Part shown: piece after piece, positions 11,001 through 22,168 of the stretch
How positions within the stretch are numbered: position 1 is the stretch's first letter
Layout of the letters: each line of letters opens with the position of its first letter
NCBI GenBank assembly: GCA_965207385.1
Contig: CBDBLZ010000021.1
Location: 641,205-705,204 of the forward strand
DNA from: Rhodothermales bacterium
GTDB taxonomy: Bacteria > Bacteroidota > Rhodothermia > Rhodothermales > Bin80
Reading direction: 5' to 3'
DNA length: 64,000 nt
Translations under genes and position numbers: made by a program
The notes under the pieces: generated by a model
Told to the model about the DNA's origin: nothing
Database searches by the model: none
The model's input: only the letters and a program-made list of their open reading frames with translations

Positions 11001-11641
11001 TTGCTGTCCGCGTGGACGATCCCCGCGGTCGTGGAGGGTTTTGGGGTAGTGCGTATGACCTGTTCCTGCGCACGGGCGGCAGAGCGCATTCGCTTGCCGC
11101 CGAGTGGCACTTCAAAGTCGAGGAGGAATATGTCGGCGGCAAGAAGAGCGAGCTGGCTGCGCATACGCCGATTGCGGAGCACTTTGTCCGGCACCACCTG
11201 GACCGGCTCGATATCGCAGCAGAACGTGTTGGTCCGTCTGCCAACAACGAAACGATACATGAACTGACTCTTTCGGTTATTCCGGGCGCACTGCAGTATG
11301 ACCGCACCTTGCTTGAGATTCCCGCCGGAAGCCTTGCAAGGCTGACGCTTACCAATCCAGGGGATATGCCCCACAACGCCGTGTTTACGGCCCCCGGCAC
11401 CGCGGAAGCTGTCGGACTGAGGTCAGAAAGGGAGGCGGCCGTGGGAGTTTTCGTTCCTGATACGTCTGCCGTGCTGTTTGCCACTGGCATGGCAGACCCG
11501 GGGTCCGAGATTTCGGTAACGTTTCGATCGCCGTCCGCGCCCGGTGACTATCCGTTTCTCTGCACGTATCCGGGCCACTGGAGAGTGATGCAGGGAGTAC
11601 TGCGCGTGACGCGGAATGCGACGGGCCGCGAGGCTTCGTAG
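8069..11641 (+). CDS. multidomain exported protein: ThuA-like + membrane-bound-dehydrogenase beta-propeller + HEAT repeats + galactose-binding-like + C-terminal azurin-type cupredoxin
   Basis: ThuA-like VLFLGHESTHHD..LLLYANHD..FVPVHSASYCF. Dehydrogenase domain FELTLFASEPLIRNPIAMAWDERGRLFVIETRDYPH. C-terminal type-1 copper ligands MPHNAVF and FLCTYPGHWRVMQG. A possible lipoprotein start is GTG at 8150 (..MLACALVAC). Confidence 0.8.
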   Translation: MTVRCDAPGHAATPAFGQANGRTGYAKVRSLLFQTSAASMLACALVACRPAPDTGPRKVEVLFLGHESTHHDAQTYASAVAASFAREGINISYSNDPSVLEPATLDLYDVLLLYANHDSITASQERALLDFVASGNGFVPVHSASYCFRNSDAFVRLVGAQFQEHGVGRFTAPILQADHPAMQGLKEFETWDETYVHTRHAPDRAVLMERVDGQHREPWTWTRTHGKGRVFYTAYGHDERTWNHPDFLNLLKAGLLWAAGDRVRARWEALDLPPLVYSPHDSIPNYEERDPPPRFQHPLSPEASRAHMQIPPGFELTLFASEPLIRNPIAMAWDERGRLFVIETRDYPHNLRSEGGDAIKILHDTDADGRADSVTVFADGLSIATGLAFAHDGLIVSQAPDMLFLQDTDGDDRADRREVLFSGFGTGDTHAGPSNLKAGFDNWTWGTVGYSDFEGVVGGDTVRMVQGVFRFRPGQLEQVSTYTNNTWGLGFSETFDVFGSTANNEHSVFVAIPDRYYAGVPGLLGDGKIKIDGHYAMRPNTPNIRQVDVWGGFTSAAGHNLYTARDFPDEYWNRIALVNEPTGHLLHRAIIESAGSGYRERDAWNLLASADEWVSPVHAEVGPDGAVWILDWYNFIVQHNPTPEGFRTGRGAAHVNILRDYQHGRIYRLAYRNARRRRIPELDIERPSTLLRALQHDNMFWRMTAQRLLVERGGLDVVPGLLEIASDAGLDAIGLNGGAAHALWTLQGLDAVRGEALRIVESALRHAAPGVRKAALAVLPRTDSSLSAIRRAGVLEDKNLNVRLAAFLAASEMPADRETGAVLYGQSTLPEVRTDVWLPEALYIAASRHWEGFVDAYAQDLGALAFTRMAARLASGYTETPTDWSAPDLETSEWGTMALPMPWVRTNALTSFDGAVWFRIEVHLPDAPAGATLGLGAIYDSDVTFVNGEQIGETLNGYDAARVYGIPPGLLQAGRNVVAVRVDDPRGRGGFWGSAYDLFLRTGGRAHSLAAEWHFKVEEEYVGGKKSELAAHTPIAEHFVRHHLDRLDIAAERVGPSANNETIHELTLSVIPGALQYDRTLLEIPAGSLARLTLTNPGDMPHNAVFTAPGTAEAVGLRSEREAAVGVFVPDTSAVLFATGMADPGSEISVTFRSPSAPGDYPFLCTYPGHWRVMQGVLRVTRNATGREAS

Positions 11642-11916
11642 CTCCGGGCGCTTGCTTTGATAGCGGCGTTTTGTGTCTATCCTCGGACATGACGTAGCCT
11701 CGATTATCGAGCCACGGCCACCATCAGGGCAATAGCTGTCACTATCAAGCCTACGCGTCAATTCCATCCGCTGCGTCGCCGATTCTTGGTCCGGGAACTT
11801 ATCCAGTAATCCCAATCAATTCACTGCCTGCACTCTCTGCCACATGAAATATGCTATCTGCGAGGGAAATATCAATAGACTTGCCACATAATCTCTACAG
11901 TGTTGTCACAAATCCT

Positions 11917-11979
11917 GTTCCCGTCGTCTTCAGTTGTACATCTCCAACGACTTCCCTATATTGAAAGCACAACATTTCT
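11917..11979 (+). promoter_or_regulatory. conserved leader blocks upstream of the cassette-1 peptide gene
   Basis: TTCCCGTC-GTCTTCA (11917-11931) and AAGCAC-AACATTTCTT (11964-11979) recur in the same order upstream of the cassette-2 peptide gene. Confidence 0.25.
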
Positions 11980-12010
11980 TCACCGATATTCGTTAACCAG
12001 CTAGATACAA

Positions 12011-12298
12011 GTGACCATGAAGATCATAGCTATGAAGACCGTAGACAGGACGGTATTCTCGGCATTACTATTCGCAGGGCTGGCCATCCTGGCATTTGCG
12101 GGTGGTGGGCTTTTTAATGCAGCGTTTCTCTCACCCGCTGATACTCAAGCGGGTGACGATACTTGTGACCACGACGTTTGCAAAGAGATCACATACGCAG
12201 ATGACTCAGTGGAGTGGGTCTGCGGAGACGATGGGACATTTACTTGGGAAGATTGCAATGCCCAACACAATAAGGAATGCGACATGGATGACTGTTGA
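12011..12298 (+). CDS. exported acidic cysteine-rich mini-protein (6 Cys), cassette 1
   Basis: Signal-like MKTVDRTVFSALLFAGLAILAFA, followed by DDTCDHDVCKEITYADDSVEWVCGDDGTFTWEDCNAQHNKECDMDDC. Lies in an AT-richer island. Alternative starts are at 12011 (GTG), 12017 and 12032. Confidence 0.5.
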   Translation: MTMKIIAMKTVDRTVFSALLFAGLAILAFAGGGLFNAAFLSPADTQAGDDTCDHDVCKEITYADDSVEWVCGDDGTFTWEDCNAQHNKECDMDDC

Positions 12299-13052
12299 CA
12301 CTGGACCGGGATTCCTAGTATGCGGTTTAAGATGGCGCTCTGGCTCTGAAGATGAACTTCGTCTTGACCGCGAGAAGAAGGTCGCGCTCGGTGGATTCCA
12401 GGTCGACGATTAACGTTGAGGCTCCCCGATGGGGCATAGCAGTAGCCATTCGCTGCCCGACTCCGCCGGAGCTCAATGGATTGGATGTGTCCATGGTGAG
12501 AAGGGGTTTGATGATGAACAAATTAGGCTGGACTACTTGACCAGTTCCGCTGCTAGAACCCCGCTGCGGCTACACTTCTAATGTACAACCGTATCTCACT
12601 TTTTGTTGGCACGGAGGGCAGGACATACCAGCCCGCCATTGTAGTCAATGGACCAGAGGTCACGGTTCAAGCGCGAATTCGTAATTCGATTGTGCAAGAG
12701 ATTTCCCGTCTGTGCTTCGATGTGTCGTCGCGGGCGGTGCTACTAAAACGAAATGGTCGAGCGCCGGTAGTGCAGCCTCACCCGCGAAAAGGTCCGCTAA
12801 TGCGAGTACGTGCCGTTGCCCGAGGCCCCGAAGTGCCTTCACTCGCCCCCATCGACGCCACAAATAGCTCAAGAATTGCGGTCCGGCCACCGTTTATTGT
12901 GAGCTGGACGGAATCCCTTTGGCCAAATCCGAAGTCACCACTACAACGCATTACTCACAGGGTTCGCCATGTCCCACGCTTACCGAGGTAAGACTGCCCC
13001 GAATCCGCCGGCGCACTGTCCCGCCGAATGGGTACATCCTAATAGTTAAACC

Positions 13053-14198
13053 ATGATTTCCTGGAAGCTACGCATCATAATTCTTTGTGCCGTTATCGGG
13101 CTACTTTTGGTTGTTGCCCTTCTCGCGAATATCGTAGGTGATAGAATCGGCGGGGCGACTAATCCTGTCGGAGAAGTACGCCATCCTACTCCCGAGAACA
13201 TACCCTCGGTAACCGATGCACGCCGCGTAGCAGGCCATGGGCCCGCTACCGGCGATGGTAGTCATGCCTTCTTGGATTCAACGTCCTACAGCGAGCTAAC
13301 TATTGGTGTAGCAGAGGGATCGGCGCACGAAATGTTCGGCCTGATTGAAGATGTCGTCATCGACTATAGTGGCAACATTTTTATTTTGGATTCTCAGTAT
13401 AACCAGGTGCGAGTATTCGACTATGATGGCTCCTTCATTAGCACGATCGGTGCTCCTGGACAAGGACCGGGTGAATTCCTTTCTGCACGAAATGTGTTGA
13501 TTTCCTCTCTAGGGAACATTGTTGCGGTTATGAGTGGCCCGAAGATCGAGATGTTTGAACGACAGGGTCCGACTTCTTTCGCATACCGCTCTACTTTCTC
13601 CAGAGAAGGTTACCTTGGGCCCGGCGGATGCGCAATGAACAACCATTTGTATCTATTGGCCGTAGTTCCCAATAGGGACGGTATGATACATAAACATACG
13701 CTCGACGGCGAAATAGCCCGTTCTTTTGGAGCGCTATACAATTCTGACAACGAACAAGTTGTCAGACATATGTCGACGAAAGCTCGACTAGCGTGTAGTG
13801 AGAAGTATAGTATTGTAAGCTTCCTTATGGACTTTTCGCCGGTTCTTACCGGCTATCGCGAAGACGGTACGGTGGCTTGGCATGTGTCATTCGAGGGTTT
13901 TCTGGCATCGGCCGTTTGGGAAAGAAGAACTCCGGAAGGCCGGAATCGTATCTCGTATAGCGCAAATGAGGTCGGGGAAGCGTTCTACACGCATATGTTT
14001 TTTCATCATGATCACTTTTACGTCGGTTACAGAGTACGAGGTGATGGCACAGGACAGCACTTCAGAATTCACGCAGAAAGTGGGTATACGGAGTACTTGG
14101 GAACTCTCGACGCAGCAGTCTATGGTATCGACGGAGAGCGTGTAATAGTGGCCAGGAATTTTCCGTTCCCGAGAGTCAAGGTGTTCACTAGGCGATAG
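13053..14198 (+). CDS. 6-bladed beta-propeller protein (NHL/TolB-like, GxGPGE family) with N-terminal signal anchor, cassette 1
   Basis: MISWKLRIIILCAVIGLLLVVALL is a TM segment. DYSGNIFILDSQYNQVRVFDYDGSFISTIGAPGQGPGEF is paralogous to the 21150-22166 product. Confidence 0.7.
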   Translation: MISWKLRIIILCAVIGLLLVVALLANIVGDRIGGATNPVGEVRHPTPENIPSVTDARRVAGHGPATGDGSHAFLDSTSYSELTIGVAEGSAHEMFGLIEDVVIDYSGNIFILDSQYNQVRVFDYDGSFISTIGAPGQGPGEFLSARNVLISSLGNIVAVMSGPKIEMFERQGPTSFAYRSTFSREGYLGPGGCAMNNHLYLLAVVPNRDGMIHKHTLDGEIARSFGALYNSDNEQVVRHMSTKARLACSEKYSIVSFLMDFSPVLTGYREDGTVAWHVSFEGFLASAVWERRTPEGRNRISYSANEVGEAFYTHMFFHHDHFYVGYRVRGDGTGQHFRIHAESGYTEYLGTLDAAVYGIDGERVIVARNFPFPRVKVFTRR

Positions 14199-14206
14199 AC
14201 GCTCAC

Positions 14207-14812
14207 GTGAAGGTACTTGAAGTCAAGTGGATACGGTGGGGAGGCGCTGGTATAGTGGCGTCGTGTTTTTGGCTCGGGGCCGTGGTGGGAATTCCGATTT
14301 CGTCAGTGGAAATTCATTGGAGAGTAAAAGACTCTCAGCCTGGGGAAAGGTATGTGCCCTCACATTCTGTGGTTAGCGGGCGGGAAATGGTGATGGTTTA
14401 TCTTGGCGCGTATTCTTGTGCGTTCGCAAATGACGAGGCGTTGCCTCGGATTGTTGAGAGGATTAAGCTTGGTTTGCAGGACAAGGCTGTGAACGAGGGT
14501 ATGTCATTTTCAGCTATTGGAGTGGCGGTGGATTGGCGCGTTGGTGAGGGAGTTGAACACTTGGAAAAATTTGGACAGTTTGATGAGATCTTGGCTGGGC
14601 GCAAATGGCACGGAGTCGGCTCTCTGCAGTTCTTCAAGGAACGGTTAGCGGGAGTAGCGGCGACGCCGCAAGTCTTGGTGTTTAAGCGGGATATAGAGGC
14701 GGAAGAGGGTGCATTTCGAGTGTCGAACGAACGCGTGCTTGTCCGAAAGATGGGCGTGTTAGGCATAGGCAATTGGCTTGAACGCGGGTTGCCTTTGCCT
14801 GAGAACTTATAG
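14207..14812 (+). CDS. membrane-anchored thioredoxin-fold protein, monothiol CxxA variant, cassette 1
   Basis: N-terminal TM GAGIVASCFWLGAVVGI. VMVYLGAYSCAFAND aligns with LLLVLSPTCSFCTG of the 22169-22675 product. ATPQVLVF is a candidate cis-Pro strand. GTG start lies 8 nt after the propeller stop. Confidence 0.5.
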   Translation: MKVLEVKWIRWGGAGIVASCFWLGAVVGIPISSVEIHWRVKDSQPGERYVPSHSVVSGREMVMVYLGAYSCAFANDEALPRIVERIKLGLQDKAVNEGMSFSAIGVAVDWRVGEGVEHLEKFGQFDEILAGRKWHGVGSLQFFKERLAGVAATPQVLVFKRDIEAEEGAFRVSNERVLVRKMGVLGIGNWLERGLPLPENL

Positions 14813-15091
14813 AGCAGGTTGAGCTGGAATGGCGGTGGCACTGCGCGCATAGCGCCAGCAAATCAAACGAGCAGAAACAGCCCAAATCTAGAATATGTGT
14901 AGGTAGACTTGGACATCTATCTCCGCATGTACGCGCTTGAAGGCATGGACTTTTGCGGCATGCCAATATTCAGCGAGGGGTTTAAGGGATCTCTTGGGGC
15001 GCTCAGACCCGACCGCCTCCATCCGTGACTTTGAACGGATCGCCGGCGGCAGGCAGACAGTTCGCGCGGCTAAGCCGCCCATAAAAGCGTG

Positions 15092-16531
15092 CTACGCGAT
15101 AATTCCCTTCACCACAAAAGCCTCCTCTACCCCTGTTAGCTTTTGGTCCAGTCCCCGAAACTTGACAGTGAGTCGCTCATGGTCGATGCCTAGCTGATGC
15201 AGAATTGTGGCGTTCAGGTCGCGGATGTGTACGGGATCCTCGAGTATGTTATAGGCGAAGTCATCGGTTAGTCCATACTCGATCCCCGGCTTTATGCCGC
15301 CGCCCGCAAGCCACAGCGTGAAGCAGCGACCATGGTGATCGCGGCCGGCGCTTGGATGTCCCAGCTCACCCTGGCTGTATATGGTACGACCGAATTCCCC
15401 TCCCCAGATGACGAGCGTCTCCTCCAGCAAACCGCGTCGCTTCAAGTCCTTGACCAGGGCAGCCGATGCCTGATCCACATCCAGGCACTGCGAAGGCAAT
15501 TGCTGCCTGAGCGCGATGTGCTGGTCCCATCCCCGATGGAAGAGTTGCACGAATCGCACGCCCCTTTCCGTCATTCGCCGCGCGAGCAGGCAATTTGCGC
15601 TGTAACTGCCAGGCTTGCGGGAGTCCGGGCCATAGAGTTCGAATACTTCCTCCGGCTCATCAGACAAATCCATCAGATCCGGAACCGCAGTCTGCATGCG
15701 GAAGGCCATTTCATAGGCTTCGACCCGGGCAAGGGTCTCGGGATCACCCACCGCTTCGGCTTCGCGGCGGTTGAGAACGGCCAGATCGTCCAGCATGCGC
15801 CTTCTTTGCGCACGAGTCACGCCCGGTGGATCGGAGAGGTAAAGCACCGGGTTCACCCCCGGTCGCAGTAGCACGCCCTGATGGCTACTGGGCAGGTACC
15901 CGCTGCCCCAAAGCCGCGCATAAATGGGCTGTCCGGGATTTTTCCCGGATCCTTGGGACAGCAGAACCATGTAGGCGGGGAGGTTCTCGTTTTCGCTGCC
16001 AAGTCCATAGCTCAGCCAGGCACCTAGGCTGGCATGTCCGATTTGCTGTGATCCGGTGTTAATGAACGTGATGGCAGGATCATGATTGATGGCCTCCGTA
16101 TGCATCGACTTGATGATGCAAATGTCATTTGCAATAGACTGAATATGTGGCAGCAGGTCGCTTATCCATGTGCCGTGGTGGCCGCAGCGGCGCATGGGCC
16201 ACATGGGAGATACTACCGGGAAGGAATTCTGCCGTGAGGTCATGCCGGTAAGCCGTTGGCCACCGCGTATGGAGTCCGGCAACTCAGTGGAATGCAAATC
16301 TGTCTGGGCGGGCTTGTAGTCGAAGAGGTCGACGTGCGAAGGACCACCTGACTGGAAGAGGTAGATTACCCGCTTTGCTTTTGGCAGAAAGTGAAGCGGG
16401 CTGCGCCCGCCGGTCCCCGTCAGATCCGGGAACAACAGGCTGGCCAGGCCGAGCCGCCCGATTCCCCTTGCTGTCTTGCCAAGGAAAGTACGGCGTGTGA
16501 TAGCACGTTCGAAATCGAGGACCGGATGCAT
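15092..16531 (-). CDS. DUF1501 domain protein (sulfatase-like, Tat signal)
   Basis: Tat-like [14 protein letters not shown]. Body shows [36 protein letters not shown], typical of DUF1501. Confidence 0.9.
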   Translation of the reverse strand: MHPVLDFERAITRRTFLGKTARGIGRLGLASLLFPDLTGTGGRSPLHFLPKAKRVIYLFQSGGPSHVDLFDYKPAQTDLHSTELPDSIRGGQRLTGMTSRQNSFPVVSPMWPMRRCGHHGTWISDLLPHIQSIANDICIIKSMHTEAINHDPAITFINTGSQQIGHASLGAWLSYGLGSENENLPAYMVLLSQGSGKNPGQPIYARLWGSGYLPSSHQGVLLRPGVNPVLYLSDPPGVTRAQRRRMLDDLAVLNRREAEAVGDPETLARVEAYEMAFRMQTAVPDLMDLSDEPEEVFELYGPDSRKPGSYSANCLLARRMTERGVRFVQLFHRGWDQHIALRQQLPSQCLDVDQASAALVKDLKRRGLLEETLVIWGGEFGRTIYSQGELGHPSAGRDHHGRCFTLWLAGGGIKPGIEYGLTDDFAYNILEDPVHIRDLNATILHQLGIDHERLTVKFRGLDQKLTGVEEAFVVKGIIA

Positions 16532-16532
16532 G

Positions 16533-19625
<3,093 letters not shown>

Positions 19626-20461
19626 GTAGCTTGGCCGCTTTGACGTGATCGATTCCAGCTCCAACTCCAGCATACAAGGTAGAGGATAAGCCAATTACGA
19701 ACTCGCCCAAGTCGAATGCCTGAGATGAACCCAACCGCTACTTCCACTATCGTAGACAACTTGGAATCGATTGGCACGATTAAGCAGACTTGGCCTTAGG
19801 ACCGCAGTGGATGTCACGGCGTGGCCTTGGCGAAGAGGTCCCTTGAACAGCCGTAAGAAGATTGGCAGTAGCAAATTGGCCGGCACGATAGCTCACTTGA
19901 TAGTTCGCGGCCATAGGCGCGGGACGGGGGCCCACCAATCTTATTGGCAGATGCGGGACCAACAAACCACCGTGGCAACCGCGGACCCAAGGCGCGCTGT
20001 GGGCCCTTAGGATCACTGTGTCCGCGGCGATCGCCAGACTGACACGGGATTCACGGAGTGGCACACGGAAAAAGGACCGGTGGAACTAGGGTTGGGACGG
20101 ACGAGCGGATAGACCAGATTAAACTCGGTAGAAGGTTAGGATTCGATCCGACTGGAAGCCTTGTCGGTGCTGCAGCACAGTGCAACCGGCATCCCGCAAG
20201 GGGCTGGCGGGCCAATAGGGTAGTAGATGGCACCGTACTACCGAAGCCATTGGGTAATGCCTACCGAGGAAAGCAGCCTTGAGCTGAGCGCTGTGTGGAC
20301 GGACGTAAATCGATGTCCGGGACGTAAGCGGTACTGTAATCGCTATACTTTACCAGATCTAAAATGTCCATTTATGGTTCTCCGAGTAGTCCAATAATGG
20401 CGTGCCCTCTCTAAGGGCCCGTCCCGGCTGCTGCCAACCATATCGACGTGGCCTCGAACGA

Positions 20462-20518
20462 TTCCCGTCAGCCTACGTCTTCATCCATTCTTAACTCGCA
20501 AGCACTCGAACATTACTT
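20462..20518 (+). promoter_or_regulatory. conserved leader blocks upstream of the cassette-2 peptide genes
   Basis: TTCCCGTC (20462-20469), CGTCTTCA (20476-20483) and AAGCAC-tcg-AACATTACTT (20500-20518). Both peptide genes then begin (G/A)TGACCATG. Confidence 0.25.
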
Positions 20519-20583
20519 GTCGCCCATTATGACATTCTCTCTACTTCGTCCGCTACTTACTCGTACATGTCAACTAAATCTCT

Positions 20584-20862
20584 ATGACCATGCATGCCCA
20601 TAGCCGTTCAATCAGTCGGACCTTTCTCGCTCTAGCGTCGGCCGCTACTTTCATTGTGCTGGCCCTTTCATTTCCCGACGGCCAAGTAGCGCAAGCGAGA
20701 GACCCAGTGTGCAATGGAACTTGCGGCGCGCATTGCGATCTAGGCCCGGATTACTACTGCCACACGCTCTATTGTTGCGATAGGAGCCAACTTCCGTGCT
20801 CCGAAGGAGATGTGGAACCCTTCACCTGCTATGGCGACACCGACATTATGGTCACGCCCTAA
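20584..20862 (+). CDS. exported cysteine-rich mini-protein (8 Cys), cassette 2, peptide a
   Basis: Signal-like RSISRTFLALASAATFIVLALSFPDGQVAQA, followed by RDPVCNGTCGAHCDLGPDYYCHTLYCCDRSQLPCSEGDVEPFTCYGDTDIMVTP. Confidence 0.55.
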   Translation: MTMHAHSRSISRTFLALASAATFIVLALSFPDGQVAQARDPVCNGTCGAHCDLGPDYYCHTLYCCDRSQLPCSEGDVEPFTCYGDTDIMVTP

Positions 20863-20883
20863 CACTAAACAAACGGTGCCTTC

Positions 20884-21153
20884 ATGATCAAGAAAAGGAT
20901 TTCTCGCTTACTCGTGTCGGTCCTCCTGACAGGGCTATTCTTAAGTCTAACGTTGGCTTCCTCTACCGCAGGCAAAGTCCCAGTCCCTGACTGCGGAGCT
21001 GATGCGATGCGCCGTTGTATCGCAGCAGGATGCGGGGGCGATGAGGTGGTGCTATGCGGTTCCACGACGTGTCTGGAATGTGTCGATTTTGCGGGTCTTT
21101 TTAATTTGGGTTGCTGGCTCAAGGACTTCTACTGTTACGGGGACTATCCATGA
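20884..21153 (+). CDS. exported cysteine-rich mini-protein (8 Cys), cassette 2, peptide b
   Basis: MIKKRISRLLVSVLLTGLFLSLTLASSTAG, followed by KVPVPDCGADAMRRCIAAGCGGDEVVLCGSTTCLECVDFAGLFNLGCWLKDFYCYGDYP. The stop overlaps the next start (ATGA at 21150-21153). Confidence 0.55.
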   Translation: MIKKRISRLLVSVLLTGLFLSLTLASSTAGKVPVPDCGADAMRRCIAAGCGGDEVVLCGSTTCLECVDFAGLFNLGCWLKDFYCYGDYP

Positions 21154-22166
21154 TCCGAACTCTGTCCTTCTTCTTGTGCCTGTCTTTGGTGTCGTGCCGC
21201 GCCACGCCAGCGGGACAAGATGGTACACGGCTCTTTGCCAAATTGTTGCTGTCGCCGGTCACGGAACAAGAAGCACAAGAACGGGAGTGGCGCGATGTTT
21301 CTCTCCGCCAGGTATTCAGCTTGCCAAGGTCACCGGATGTGTTGCTGTTTAACCCGGGAGAGATTACAGTTGATGCCGCAGGAAATATTTTCGTGACAGA
21401 TCACGCTGTGTTCAAGGTCTTGGCTTTTGATCAGGACGGCCACTATATCAGATCGTATGGAGAGGGAGAAGGAGAAGGGCCTGGTGAGTTGAGATCCGTA
21501 ATGAATACTGGATTAATCGGCGACACCACGCTTTTTGCCGTAGACTACGCTTCTAGGAAGATCTCATACTTCTCCAAAGATTCAGGAGCCTTTATTGAAT
21601 CTCGTACGATCACCGGAGTGCCCATTAGGCACACTGTTAGTACCGAAGGTGTCGCGTATACGCTGGTCGGTCGTACCGACTCGCTATTCCGATCCGAGAG
21701 TGGATCAGATGTGATCCAGTTCGGGGAATTGGTTGAGAATCAAATCTCACATGGCTTTAACCTGGCCTTAGGGTATATCGATACATACCGGGACAAGATG
21801 TTGCTCAGCCTAACCTACTTCCCAGTAATTGCGCAATACGAATCAGATGGGTCCCTCGTGTATGCGCGCACAACTCCGGACTATTTCGCGCAGTTTGACG
21901 AGCCGGAATGGGTGCGCACCGACTTTGCGGGAGCCATCGGTTTTCGTATTCAGGGCCAGGCGATTAACACTAGAAGCAGCGTGTACAACGATCAGCTTTT
22001 TGTGCATTCACGGAAAGCAGGTGCTATTGACGTGTTCGATGCCGAGACGGGTGACTACGGTTACTCCTTCCGGCTTCCACGAGATAGGAGTGCAGCGTAT
22101 GTTATGAACAATCGTCTGTATCAAGCGGAAGATACAACCGTAGTTGTATACTCATTTAGCTTGTAA
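21150..22166 (+). CDS. 6-bladed beta-propeller lipoprotein (NHL/TolB-like, GxGPGE family), cassette 2
   Basis: Lipobox MIRTLSFFLCLSLVSC. DAAGNIFVTDHAVFKVLAFDQDGHYIRSYGEGEGEGPGEL is paralogous to the 13053-14198 product. Confidence 0.7.
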   Translation: MIRTLSFFLCLSLVSCRATPAGQDGTRLFAKLLLSPVTEQEAQEREWRDVSLRQVFSLPRSPDVLLFNPGEITVDAAGNIFVTDHAVFKVLAFDQDGHYIRSYGEGEGEGPGELRSVMNTGLIGDTTLFAVDYASRKISYFSKDSGAFIESRTITGVPIRHTVSTEGVAYTLVGRTDSLFRSESGSDVIQFGELVENQISHGFNLALGYIDTYRDKMLLSLTYFPVIAQYESDGSLVYARTTPDYFAQFDEPEWVRTDFAGAIGFRIQGQAINTRSSVYNDQLFVHSRKAGAIDVFDAETGDYGYSFRLPRDRSAAYVMNNRLYQAEDTTVVVYSFSL

Positions 22167-22168
22167 CG

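Noticed and set aside
12840-12960. Apparent similarity between the reverse complement of 12840-12960 and 19800-19915 (for example AGCTCAC..GGCC, GTAGTGG/GCAGTGG).
   Set aside because: These are only short patchy matches that need a roughly 50-nt indel. By eye this cannot be told apart from chance in GC-rich DNA, and it needs a real alignment.
12581-12991. 136-aa ORF in the cassette-1 gap as a real gene.
   Set aside because: It has a basic, Pro/Arg-rich, low-complexity translation, with no signal peptide, no Cys and no family resemblance. It is treated as non-coding or decayed.
20130-20160. tRNA/tmRNA-like T-arm (GGTTAGGATTCGATCCGAC).
   Set aside because: No acceptor stem, D-arm or anticodon arm can be built around it, and the loop is only 3 nt.
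20266-20273. GAGGAAAG resembling the RNase P RNA conserved box.
   Set aside because: The following bases (CAGCCTTGAGC) do not continue the GAGGAAAGUCCGGGC consensus, and no other RNase P conserved regions are nearby.
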